Shown here: positions 1 through 7,591 of the stretch, in pieces
Numbering within the stretch: position 1 is the stretch's first letter
How the letters are laid out: each line of letters starts with the position of its first letter
UHGV virus genome: UHGV-0482402
DNA: 13,693 nt
Direction: 5' to 3' (one strand)
From: a virus
The notes under the pieces: generated by a model
Told to the model about the DNA's origin: nothing
Databases searched by the model: none
The model's input: only the letters and a program-made list of their open reading frames with translations
Made by a program: the position numbers and the translations under genes

Positions 1-467
1 GCGAAACATACGGACCTGGTAGCAACGTTGTACTGCCAGCAGAAGAAGCGGAAGAGCTGGCACGGATTGCGCTGGCATCACTGGCAGCAGAGCCGGTGGC
101 AAAGATTATAGCTCATTACCCATTAGGAGTTGACGTAGGCAAACAAAAATTCGTACAGGCCATTAGAGAGCTTCCTGACTTTGGCGGATATCTATTTGCC
201 GCCCCTCCAGCGCCGATAGTGCCGGAAGAAATGTATTGGCAGGATGCGCCAGTTGAAGGCAGCAGCAAAGCGGCTGCATACGCTACAGGCTGGAACGATT
301 GCCGCGAAGCCATGCTTCAGTCCGGAAACTTTCGGGAAAATAAAGATTCGTCAACCAATAATTTTCGGAAAATCCCGGAAGCGTCAACCAGCTCTCCGGT
401 AACTCCGGATGGTTGGATAAGCTGTAGTGAGCGAATGCCGGACGACAGGCAGGAGGTGAATCAATGA
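1..467 (+). CDS. Ea22-like early-region protein, C-terminal part (5' end lies outside the window); DUF551-like C-terminus
   Basis: The reading frame is open from nt 3 to the TGA at 465-467, so the GTG at 96 in the ORF track is a truncation artefact. The C-terminal motif GWISCSERMPDD resembles the W...ER.P tail of DUF551/Ea22-type prophage proteins (by recollection). Its position upstream of xis-int matches the lambda early-left/b-region. Confidence 0.5.
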   Translation, partial: ETYGPGSNVVLPAEEAEELARIALASLAAEPVAKIIAHYPLGVDVGKQKFVQAIRELPDFGGYLFAAPPAPIVPEEMYWQDAPVEGSSKAAAYATGWNDCREAMLQSGNFRENKDSSTNNFRKIPEASTSSPVTPDGWISCSERMPDDRQEVNQ

Positions 468-547
468 GCTGGCCTGATGCAATCGTAACTCTGGGGGTGG
501 TATTCGCAGCAGCGTTTGTTGTGTTCTCGATTTGTCGATGGGGATAA
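464..547 (+). CDS. 27-aa hydrophobic (single transmembrane helix) peptide, translationally coupled to the upstream gene; not in the ORF track
   Basis: ATG at 464-466 overlaps the upstream stop (ATGA). A strong Shine-Dalgarno AGGAGGTGA sits at 451-459. Translation is MSWPDAIVTLGVVFAAAFVVFSICRWG, ending at TAA 545-547. The ORF is too short to show up in the supplied track. Confidence 0.35.
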   Translation: MSWPDAIVTLGVVFAAAFVVFSICRWG

Positions 548-551
548 CCAC

Positions 552-794
552 ATGTTCGCTTTGATTCAACGCGGTCAGATATACACGGACAGAGCTGGAT
601 ACCCCGTGGTGATTACTCGCATCACTGAGCACTCAGTGTTCTTTCGACGGATGGACGGACGATCCGGGCGGGTACGCATTGGTGAGTTAAACTGCCTGTT
701 CGAACATATTGACCACCAGGAGTACCGCAAAATTCTCGCGGACACTGAGCAGGAAAAGCACCTGAAAAAATTACGAGCCATAAAAAGGAAGTAA
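552..794 (+). CDS. small conserved lambdoid early-region protein (80 aa; possibly DUF4222-like)
   Basis: Track ORF 516-794 trimmed to the ATG at 552 (MFALIQRGQIYTDRAGYPVVITRITEHSVFFRR...), which follows GGGGA at 540-544 and avoids overlap with the 27-aa peptide. The family name is from memory only. Confidence 0.5.
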   Translation: MFALIQRGQIYTDRAGYPVVITRITEHSVFFRRMDGRSGRVRIGELNCLFEHIDHQEYRKILADTEQEKHLKKLRAIKRK

Positions 795-797
795 AGA

Positions 798-944
798 ATG
801 AATAAAGCATTTGAACGATGGGTCCACCAGCGTTACGGCAATCGCTATGACCTGACGCGAGATGTTGACGGCTTCTACTGTCGTGAAGTTGTGAAGCGAA
901 TGTTTGAAGTGTGTTGCCACTGCCGTGGGCTGAGTGTTGTGTGA
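798..944 (+). CDS. 48-aa cysteine-rich small protein (C-x8-CCHC cluster); not in the ORF track
   Basis: ATG at 798 is preceded by AAGGAAG at 785-791. Translation is MNKAFERWVHQRYGNRYDLTRDVDGFYCREVVKRMFEVCCHCRGLSVV, with stop TGA at 942-944. It is tightly packed between the flanking genes (3 nt upstream, 8 nt downstream). Confidence 0.4.
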   Translation: MNKAFERWVHQRYGNRYDLTRDVDGFYCREVVKRMFEVCCHCRGLSVV

Positions 945-952
945 GGTAATAC

Positions 953-1189
953 ATGGGCAATGTGATTCAACTGGCTCCCAATGAATGGGTTTGTGAAAGC
1001 GTTCTTATCGCAATTACCGGGCTCAAACCAGGCACAATTCTTCGGGCCCGGAAAGAATGCTGGATGGTTGGAAGAGAGTATATTCACGTATCACCAGACG
1101 GTAATCCAAAGCCTTCCAGTGAATGTATGTATAACAGAAAAGCAATAGATGCCTGGGTCGCCTCAATGAAAAACAAACAACCTAGGTGA
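953..1189 (+). CDS. xis: excisionase (Xis-like winged-helix DNA-binding protein)
   Basis: 78-aa basic protein immediately upstream of the integrase. It carries a ...KECWMVGREYIHVS... motif reminiscent of lambda Xis (..DGREYLFH..). GAGGT lies 5 nt before the ATG. Confidence 0.6.
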   Translation: MGNVIQLAPNEWVCESVLIAITGLKPGTILRARKECWMVGREYIHVSPDGNPKPSSECMYNRKAIDAWVASMKNKQPR

Positions 1190-1244
1190 TTTAATATCAT
1201 GAAATATGTAAGCTCGTATCGCTCTTGGGCGTCTGGAGGTATCG

Positions 1245-2558
1245 ATGGATAAAGTCAAATATCCAACAGGCGTCGAAAACCACGGCGGCACATTACGCAT
1301 CTGGTTTAATTTTAAAGGTAAACGTGTCAGGGAAAATCTTGGTGTCCCTGACACTGCCAAGAACAGGAAGATCGCCGGGGAACTGCGGACATCAGTATGT
1401 TTTGCCATCCGCACAGGAAGCTTTGATTATGCTGCACAGTTCCCTGACTCCCCCAACCTTCAGGCTTTTGGGGTAAGTAAAAAAGAAATTACGGTGAAGG
1501 AACTTGAAGAAAAGTGGCTGGATCTGAAACGAATGGAAATCTCTGCAAATGCATTCAATCGCTATGAATCCGTTGCAAGAACGATGGTTCCGAAAATTGG
1601 AGGCAGTAGACTGGTGTCATCGGTAACCAAAGAGGAATTGCTGTATATCAGGAAAGATTTGCTGACCGGGTATCAGAATTCAACGAAAAACAAAGCAGCA
1701 GCAAAAGGACGGAGCGTCGTTACTGTAAATTATTACATGACGACAATCGCTGGAATGTTTCAGTTTGCTGCAGATCACGGTTACTTAGAAGCAAATCCCT
1801 TCCAGGGAATTAAGCCTCTTAAAAGAGCCAGGGCAGAGCCAGATCCGCTAACTCGTGACGAATTTATTCGCCTGATAGATGCTTGCCGACATCAGCAGAC
1901 GAAAAACCTGTGGTCATTGGCTGTGTACACAGGAATGCGTCACGGTGAACTGGTCTCCCTGGCCTGGGAAGATATCGATCTGAAGGCAGGAACAATTACC
2001 ATCAGGCGCAATTATACGAAACTTGGTGAGTTCACTCTACCGAAAACTGAAGCAAGCACAAACAGGGTTGTGCACCTTATCCAGCCCGCTATCAGTGTCC
2101 TGAAAAATCAGGCTGAAATGACAAGACTGGGTAAGCAGTACAACATCAAGGTGCAACTACGTGAATATGGACGTTCAGTGAACCATGAATGTACTTTCGT
2201 GTTTAACCCTCAAGTGGTTAGAAAAAGCGAACAGGTAGGTTTTGTCTACAAAGTCGATTCTGTAGGTGACTCATGGGAAACAGCCATTAAGCGTGCAGGG
2301 ATCAGGCATCGAAAGGCATACCAGTCACGACACACTTATGCGTGCTGGTCATTATCTGCCGGAGCAAACCCAAGCTTCATTGCCAGCCAGATGGGCCATG
2401 CAAGTGCCCAGATGGTATTCAATGTATACGGAGCATGGATGACTGACAGCAATGCAGAACAGATCGCAATGCTGAATCAGAAGCTGACAGATTATGTCCC
2501 AATGATGCCCCATAGTCACCAAAGTGACACCAGAGGCTTATTAAAATCAGTAAGTTAA
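1245..2558 (+). CDS. int: tyrosine site-specific integrase (lambda Int family, with N-terminal arm-binding domain)
   Basis: 437 aa. The N-terminus (YPTGVENHGGTLRIWFNFKGKRVRENLG) looks like an arm-type DNA-binding domain. The C-terminus has the catalytic signature region ...RHRKAYQSRHTYACW...HASAQMVFNVYGAW (R, H-x-x-R and a C-terminal Tyr). GGAGGT lies 4 nt before the ATG. Confidence 0.9.
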   Translation: MDKVKYPTGVENHGGTLRIWFNFKGKRVRENLGVPDTAKNRKIAGELRTSVCFAIRTGSFDYAAQFPDSPNLQAFGVSKKEITVKELEEKWLDLKRMEISANAFNRYESVARTMVPKIGGSRLVSSVTKEELLYIRKDLLTGYQNSTKNKAAAKGRSVVTVNYYMTTIAGMFQFAADHGYLEANPFQGIKPLKRARAEPDPLTRDEFIRLIDACRHQQTKNLWSLAVYTGMRHGELVSLAWEDIDLKAGTITIRRNYTKLGEFTLPKTEASTNRVVHLIQPAISVLKNQAEMTRLGKQYNIKVQLREYGRSVNHECTFVFNPQVVRKSEQVGFVYKVDSVGDSWETAIKRAGIRHRKAYQSRHTYACWSLSAGANPSFIASQMGHASAQMVFNVYGAWMTDSNAEQIAMLNQKLTDYVPMMPHSHQSDTRGLLKSVS

Positions 2559-2763
2559 TCCTTAATACCCGTCATGTTAACTGCGTGATACGGAATTTTT
2601 AAAAATCACTAAAGAACGCCCAAGAGCATGTGTTTTCTTTAGAAGAATCAAAGCGTTGCATTGCCATGTCATATAAAAATCGGCAAAGTTCATATGTAAC
2701 AAAGTGTCCCAATCATGCCCCAAAATGCCCCACAACAAATATTTTTGCCCCATGCATGCCCCA
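2495..2763 (+). repeat. putative attP region: five direct copies of TGCCCCA, including an 18-bp near-perfect direct repeat (putative Int arm-type sites)
   Basis: TGTCCCAATGATGCCCCA at 2495-2512 (inside the int 3' end) and TGTCCCAATCATGCCCCA at 2705-2722 match at 17 of 18 positions. Further TGCCCCA copies sit at 2726-2732, 2746-2752 and 2757-2763, all in the same orientation. The location immediately 3' of int is where lambdoid attP sits. Confidence 0.4.
2646..2658 (+). promoter_or_regulatory. candidate IHF binding site within the putative attP
   Basis: AATCAAAGCGTTG matches the IHF core consensus WATCAANNNNTTR at every specified position. A chance match is possible. Confidence 0.3.
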
Positions 2764-2783
2764 AAAAATCACTTTCCCTCACC

Positions 2784-2835
2784 TTGACACTGTTTATCCA
2801 TACAGTTAAAAATAATACTGTATACAAACACAGTG
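2784..2835 (+). promoter_or_regulatory. dinI promoter with two tandem LexA (SOS) boxes
   Basis: Consensus -35 TTGACA at 2784-2789. LexA-type CTGT-N8-ACAG boxes at 2790-2805 (CTGTTTATCCATACAG) and 2818-2833 (CTGTATACAAACACAG). An A/T-rich -10 candidate lies at 2807-2816. The Shine-Dalgarno AGAGGGA is at 2836-2842 and the dinI ATG at 2849. Confidence 0.6.
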
Positions 2836-2848
2836 TAGAGGGACTTTT

Positions 2849-3097
2849 ATGCGTATTGAGATCTGCATAGCCAAAGAAAAAATGACTAAAATGCCAACCG
2901 GTGCTGTGGATGCGTTAAAGGAAGAATTAACTCGGCGCATCAGTAAGCGTTATGACGATGTAGAAGTGATCGTAAAAGCCACCAGCAATGATGGGCTTTC
3001 TGTTACACGCACAGCAGATAAGGATTCTGCAAAAACATTTGTTCAGGAGACTCTGAAAGATACCTGGGAGTCTGCTGACGAGTGGTTTGTTCACTAA
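2849..3097 (+). CDS. dinI: DinI-family protein (RecA co-protease modulator)
   Basis: The 82-aa translation [37 protein letters not shown]...[16 protein letters not shown] aligns along its length with E. coli DinI as recalled (MRIEVTIAK...ETWESADDWFVSE). LexA boxes lie upstream. Confidence 0.85.
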   Translation: MRIEICIAKEKMTKMPTGAVDALKEELTRRISKRYDDVEVIVKATSNDGLSVTRTADKDSAKTFVQETLKDTWESADEWFVH

Positions 3098-3165
3098 TAA
3101 ACACGTAAAATCGGTAACGGCTGGAAATCATTCAATACTCGCACTATCGAAAGTTAACCAGCCAA

Positions 3166-3203
3166 CCGCAGTATCCTGTCATGACAAGTTACTGCGGCTT
3201 TTT
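3166..3203 (+). terminator. rho-independent terminator downstream of dinI
   Basis: Inverted repeat CCGCAGTA (3166-3173) and TACTGCGG (3190-3197), followed by CTTTTTACTTTTT. Confidence 0.45.
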
Positions 3204-3214
3204 ACTTTTTATAT

Positions 3215-3502
3215 TTAACGGATCAACATCCAGATCAGCAGACACGCCACCACCGGCACAGCAAAATCCATCAGGCTTGCCACATCCCACGCGCGTGGAT
3301 CAAAACCGCCCCACCACGGCATGTTAATCCGCTTGCCATGCCCGAACATTTCAATCCAGCGATATTCTGCCTGGGTGTGTTCCCGCGCAATGAAGAACGT
3401 ACAACCGGCTATCGCACCGTAAGCCCAGTTTCCGGTAAAAAGACCACCCAGTACCTGTGCGACCACAGCGCAAAGTGCGTGATGAATTGGGGTTTTATCC
3501 AT
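3215..3502 (-). CDS. small integral membrane protein (95 aa), translationally coupled to the tailspike gene; function unknown
   Basis: ATG at 3502-3500 directly abuts the tailspike stop (minus strand reads TAG-ATG). Hydrophobic segments are AVVAQVLGGLFTGNWAYGAIAGCTFFIA and LMDFAVPVVACLLIWMLI. It sits where P22 and Sf6 carry O-antigen conversion genes, between tailspike and att. Confidence 0.6.
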   Translation of the reverse strand: MDKTPIHHALCAVVAQVLGGLFTGNWAYGAIAGCTFFIAREHTQAEYRWIEMFGHGKRINMPWWGGFDPRAWDVASLMDFAVPVVACLLIWMLIR

Positions 3503-6088
3503 CTACTCTATCTCTTTTGCTTTTTTAATTATCAATTCAAGCTCTGTTAAACGAGATTCAATACGTTCACACCTTCTTCGCTGGAATGCAGCCTCCAACC
3601 ACAAACATTCATCTGGACGCAATCCCCAACGCTCACCAGCATGTACAACCAGTTCCGTGTCACCAGTATCGTATTCTTCAAAGTATTCGTGAACGATGTC
3701 TTCTCCTTCAGGGGATTTAGCTATAAATGACACCTTGCGCTGTGCCATTACAGGTTGGTACTCATCATCCCATTTATCATGACATAGCAAGCCAAATCTT
3801 GTTCCATCTATCCCCTTTGCAAGAAACGCATCTCTTACCTGCTGTGCAATTGCTCCGAAATGCCAACGAGCAGTATCCGAACCTTTAGCCTTAATATCGG
3901 ACAACCACTGGTAAACGATAATATTTACGTCACCCCATGCGTCAAGAATTGCATCCTGATCCACCTCCATGATTTCTGAAAGTTGCTCTACTGTCAGTGG
4001 CTTTGTTTTCAATGTCTGGTCTGAAGTATTTATTGCCCCATTAGTTGCATATACTTGCGTCCACCGTTTAGATGATGTCCCACATGATGACGTATTATCT
4101 TTATTAGCACTTATATAGCCATTAACCTCCGCTGACTGACCGATATACGAATATGAAGATGTTGATAAGGGAGATTTAAATATCCATTGAGCATTGGTAA
4201 AGTCATAAATACCGGTATCACCTTTTTCACTAACATGAAAAGTTACATTCCGTAACGTATTCTTTGCATCATAACGGGCGGCTTGTGTTGTTGCCCTCGA
4301 AACAGTGAATCCTTTGTCATCAAGGTTTGCCTGCTCTATGACTTCACCACCAGGCATAATTTTACCAAGGCTTAACAAACCAGAGTTAGTGACAATATCA
4401 TGGGTTGAATCAATGATAATACCAGGCTGATTTCTTGATGTTGTTTTTACATGCATTACCTGTTGTGGCATTAATGTGTAAAATGTAGTTTCTCGCCCAC
4501 TATCACCATCTGGTATGCCATTTGTATTCCCCATTACAAGGTCATACCCACCTGCAATCATACGGAAAAACATTGCTTCTGGTTCATATGTAAGATTGCT
4601 AACATCTGGCGTTCCGGTATCATTTGGATCTGCTATTTCATAGGCTCTTCCTGCACCTGCCTGTATTTGCTGCACCCCAAGATAAACACCATCAAGTGTG
4701 TACTGATGCAAATATTTTCTGGTTGAAGAATATGCAGATCCAGCCTGACAAAAATAAATAGCAGTACCGTCACACGCAACTGTTTGCATATCCCTCACAA
4801 AATCGGCAATTTCAAATTCAAAAGTTGCTTCATTACGATAATCGTAATTGTACGCCTGCGGGTTAATAAATTTGCTGGTATCAAATACTTTTACATAATA
4901 GCGAATTTGATCTGGTGTTGATGGGCTCTCACCAGGGCCAACATAACGTTTTGCTGTAGTAATCAGCCATCGACTCATAGGGTCGGTGCATAAAACATTT
5001 ACCTGATTCTCGTAACCATCTTCCCATATGAGAAAAAACTCTGGTTCAATTTCACCACCATCAGTAGGGGTGAATCTGGTGATATACTTTGCGCGATCCT
5101 CTCCTTTAGCTGTGCCAGCTAACCCCCATATCTGTAACTGGCCTCTTGTGTTACGAAAACCAACGCGCCCTATGGTTAAACCAAGACATTGATGTCCTAA
5201 TTCTCTACTACCTTTAGTCTCCCAAAGAGGAGTTAACTCTTCATTCCCAAACCAATTATAAGCAACAACTTTATTAACTTCATCACCAGAACTAACGCTG
5301 CCACTCACATTTACCAAGCAATAAAGAACACTGTCATAATAATCAAGAACAGCACCCTGTATGACAGTATTTTTAATTGTTGCCAGTCGCAACCCTGACT
5401 TAACATGATTAGGAGTAGAAGGTCTGAAACCTGTATACATCCCCTTTTTTATAGTTTGTATTCTTTTTTCAGTAAAATCAGCATCTGGCAGTAATCGATT
5501 CTCTGTGCGAAAATAGCCATTTATATACTTATTTCCATCAAAAACTTGATCTGTTATATATGTATTACCCCTTAGATCAACAATCCTTCCTGTGATTTGT
5601 TTTTCTAACTCTTGAAAAGATAATGTGTCATCGGTGATGCCATCACCTTTTGCTCCCCATCCGCGAGGGTCAGCGTCATCACGCCACCGAGACATCTGCA
5701 ATTCATGATATTTTTTAGCACCTTCCGGGTCTTCTAATTGTTGTCTTAATTGGTCTGGATCGTACTTAAGCACATTCGGAAAATAGAACTGCTGCGTACC
5801 ATATGCATCGTAAACAGCCATAGAATGGCCTTGCACGGTAACGAATTTGGAAATCTGTCCGTTGTATACCGGGTATCCAGCAGCATTGATAACGATTGGC
5901 TGTGGCACCTGAACATAAGTACCATCTTCTCGTTCCAGATATACTGGAATCTGGTTTTCTGGATTTACCGGATCTGTGTCAATCTTACCGATATAAATTT
6001 TTCCATTTGCTACGGTTTTAAAAGAGCTAGCCATTGTGAAGAGTTGCGATGGCATACCTATCACAACATTTGGGGTTATATCAGGCAT
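3503..6088 (-). CDS. tailspike protein: P22 gp9-type head-binding domain, central pectate-lyase-type beta-helix (putative polysaccharide depolymerase) and C-terminal S74-type intramolecular chaperone
   Basis: The N-terminus [50 protein letters not shown]...[13 protein letters not shown]...NVLKYDPDQ matches the recalled P22 tailspike N-terminus (MTDITANVVV...[27 protein letters not shown]...[13 protein letters not shown]...NVLKYDPDQ). [13 protein letters not shown] beta-helix signature follows. The C-terminal roughly 173 aa begin at NTSDQTLK (Ser codon at 4022-4024) and end in a coiled coil. The start is placed at the ATG at 6088 (AGGA 8 nt upstream), not at the track start 6181. Confidence 0.9.
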   Translation of the reverse strand: MPDITPNVVIGMPSQLFTMASSFKTVANGKIYIGKIDTDPVNPENQIPVYLEREDGTYVQVPQPIVINAAGYPVYNGQISKFVTVQGHSMAVYDAYGTQQFYFPNVLKYDPDQLRQQLEDPEGAKKYHELQMSRWRDDADPRGWGAKGDGITDDTLSFQELEKQITGRIVDLRGNTYITDQVFDGNKYINGYFRTENRLLPDADFTEKRIQTIKKGMYTGFRPSTPNHVKSGLRLATIKNTVIQGAVLDYYDSVLYCLVNVSGSVSSGDEVNKVVAYNWFGNEELTPLWETKGSRELGHQCLGLTIGRVGFRNTRGQLQIWGLAGTAKGEDRAKYITRFTPTDGGEIEPEFFLIWEDGYENQVNVLCTDPMSRWLITTAKRYVGPGESPSTPDQIRYYVKVFDTSKFINPQAYNYDYRNEATFEFEIADFVRDMQTVACDGTAIYFCQAGSAYSSTRKYLHQYTLDGVYLGVQQIQAGAGRAYEIADPNDTGTPDVSNLTYEPEAMFFRMIAGGYDLVMGNTNGIPDGDSGRETTFYTLMPQQVMHVKTTSRNQPGIIIDSTHDIVTNSGLLSLGKIMPGGEVIEQANLDDKGFTVSRATTQAARYDAKNTLRNVTFHVSEKGDTGIYDFTNAQWIFKSPLSTSSYSYIGQSAEVNGYISANKDNTSSCGTSSKRWTQVYATNGAINTSDQTLKTKPLTVEQLSEIMEVDQDAILDAWGDVNIIVYQWLSDIKAKGSDTARWHFGAIAQQVRDAFLAKGIDGTRFGLLCHDKWDDEYQPVMAQRKVSFIAKSPEGEDIVHEYFEEYDTGDTELVVHAGERWGLRPDECLWLEAAFQRRRCERIESRLTELELIIKKAKEIE

Positions 6089-6430
6089 ATTAGTCATCCT
6101 GTTTGAAGATTTAGATATTGAAGAAAACGGAATGACTGCAGACAACGATGCAATTGTTTTGAAAAATAACCTTCTATTCATTTAAAAACCATGCAACATG
6201 AACAAAACGATTATTTTACAATACTCAAGAATCTTGATCAACAGGCATATTATTTATGCGCTTAATGCGTCACTTACAAAAATAAAAACAAGTAATACCT
6301 TTATTCCTATCGTCCATGATTTTTATTTTCAAACATTATTAAATAACAATTCCTATTTATAATATCTGTCATTTAATTTGCTCCAGATACAAGTAATCGC
6401 TGCAGCGTGGCTACGGTGAATTTTGGGCAT

Positions 6431-6453
6431 AAAAAAACCCAGCCGAAGCTGGG
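6431..6453 (-). terminator. rho-independent terminator downstream of ant (between ant and tailspike)
   Basis: On the minus strand the hairpin CCCAGC-TTCG-GCTGGG is followed by a run of seven T (plus strand AAAAAAACCCAGCCGAAGCTGGG). P22 has a terminator at the equivalent position after ant. Confidence 0.6.
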
Positions 6454-6472
6454 TCGTTGCGTTGGTTATCTA

Positions 6473-7375
6473 TCAGTAGTTATGTACTGAAGGAGGTAAT
6501 TCTTTATTCTTAAGTCTCATCCATGCGGAAAGATTCGTTGGTCCATCTGGCTCATTGATATCAACATCTCGTGTGTGATTGATTAAAACGTCTCTCGCCA
6601 TTCCAATAACATACGAGAACTCATGACCGTAGTCGTAGCATCTGCCGGAATAGTTAGACTGAATTTGTTTTAGCGCCGGATACAGTTCGCGGAATAATGC
6701 CTGTGAGCGGTTGGCATAATCCCATAACCATACAAGGCTGTTTGCTTCTTTTGCAGAAAGCTCGTTGGTTTTCTTCTCTTGTTTGCCGATGAATTCGCCT
6801 TCAAGCACTACCCTGTGGATGTACTCTACGGCTTGCGGTATCTGAGACGCATCAAGCTCTTCAATACTTTCCACATTGAAACGCTGATGAATCATTGCAT
6901 AAGCTTCTGGGTACATTAGATGCTTTTTGCTGACCAGCATATTTACAGCATCACGAAGCGGAGTCCTGTCATCAACAGATGTTTTCTTACGTGCATTTTC
7001 TGCCTCTCCCTTTGTCCAGTAGTCATGCAGCACAGTAAAGCATTCTTCCTGGTACTGAATCAGTTTATCGCGGATGTCAGCACGAACTTTCTCAGGGTTG
7101 ATGCTGAACAGCCATCCATTTAACTTCTTCAAAGGAAGGCAGAGTAGCTTACGAAGCTTACCATCAGCGGCAACCATGTTCATATGAACACAGTTGAATT
7201 TGCTAATCTGCTTCATGAGTTTTGTTTGCTGCGTTGACCAGCTCATTCCAAGGTTTTCAACGATTGGCTTCATCGCAACATATGCAACTCCGGCAGCCAT
7301 GGCGGTGATAATTTGCTGACCGTTGAATGGTACGTAAGAGGTGTTCACTGCTTCTAAAATTGCTATACTATTCAT
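6473..7375 (-). CDS. ant: antirepressor Ant
   Basis: 300 aa from the ATG at 7375 ([29 protein letters not shown]...). GGAG lies upstream. It is immediately downstream of an Arc-like RHH gene and upstream of the tailspike, the same order as P22 arc-ant-gene 9. The track start at 7441 is a TTG that overlaps arc. Confidence 0.8.
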   Translation of the reverse strand: MNSIAILEAVNTSYVPFNGQQIITAMAAGVAYVAMKPIVENLGMSWSTQQTKLMKQISKFNCVHMNMVAADGKLRKLLCLPLKKLNGWLFSINPEKVRADIRDKLIQYQEECFTVLHDYWTKGEAENARKKTSVDDRTPLRDAVNMLVSKKHLMYPEAYAMIHQRFNVESIEELDASQIPQAVEYIHRVVLEGEFIGKQEKKTNELSAKEANSLVWLWDYANRSQALFRELYPALKQIQSNYSGRCYDYGHEFSYVIGMARDVLINHTRDVDINEPDGPTNLSAWMRLKNKELPPSVHNY

Positions 7376-7447
7376 GTTGGTTTTTCTCCACGGATTTACT
7401 GACAACCGAAGCCCTGACTGTTCCCGCAGTTGGGGCTTCAACTTTTT
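7376..7447 (+). ncRNA. candidate sar-like antisense RNA covering the ant ribosome-binding site
   Basis: A plus-strand -10-like TATACT at 7364-7369 sits inside the first ant codons. A plus-strand intrinsic terminator follows: stem GAAGCCC (7408-7414) and GGGCTTC (7433-7439) with an inner ACTG/CAGT pairing, then AACTTTTT. The roughly 70-nt product would be antisense to the ant Shine-Dalgarno and start codon, like P22 sar. Confidence 0.4.
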
Positions 7448-7578
7448 AGGCTGCGAATAAGACGCTGCACTATTTCTGAATTTAAAGACCTGCCCTCCTC
7501 CTTAGCCTTTTCCTTCAATTTTTCTTTAATCTCTGGCGGGATACGAATCCCTAATGGAGCGATGTCTCTAACTTTCAT
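7438..7578 (-). CDS. arc: Arc-like ribbon-helix-helix repressor (46 aa)
   Basis: Minus-strand ORF missing from the track: [46 protein letters not shown]. It has the RHH signature (N-terminal beta-strand, then G-R-S-hNSEI) and lies directly upstream of ant. The Shine-Dalgarno is TGAGGGG. Confidence 0.7.
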   Translation of the reverse strand: MKVRDIAPLGIRIPPEIKEKLKEKAKEEGRSLNSEIVQRLIRSLKS

Positions 7579-7591
7579 TTCCCCTCACTTG

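Noticed and set aside
116-1476. Minus-strand ORFs 116-313, 384-632, 575-781, 622-960, 875-1087 and 1163-1414, and plus-strand ORF 1225-1476
   Set aside because: They overlap the densely packed plus-strand early operon (Ea22-like to int) and lack ribosome-binding sites. The plus-strand genes have coherent Shine-Dalgarno spacing and recognisable products.
2706-2763. Clustered TGCCCCA repeats as a possible CRISPR or minisatellite array
   Set aside because: The units are only 7 bp with irregular spacing of 3-13 bp, and there are no spacers of uniform length. Their placement next to int fits recombinase arm sites instead.
2559-2848. tRNA gene or tRNA 3' fragment at the attachment site
   Set aside because: No T-arm-like GGTTCGAATCC or similar motif, and no CCA-terminal acceptor-like stem, on either strand.
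3338-6106. Plus-strand ORFs 3338-3550 and 5750-6106 in the track
   Set aside because: They are antisense to the small membrane gene and the tailspike, and have low-complexity or odd composition. The tailspike reading frame is strongly supported by homology.
6089-6181. 31-codon in-frame N-terminal extension of the tailspike ORF (track start [14 protein letters not shown]...)
   Set aside because: Similarity to the P22 tailspike begins exactly at MPDITPNVV, which has an AGGA Shine-Dalgarno 8 nt upstream. The extension has no ribosome-binding site and reads like an open frame by chance.
7376-7441. TTG-initiated 22-codon extension of ant (track start [10 protein letters not shown]...)
   Set aside because: It would overlap the 3' end of the Arc-like gene. 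The ATG at 7375 has a Shine-Dalgarno and gives an MNSIAIL N-terminus.
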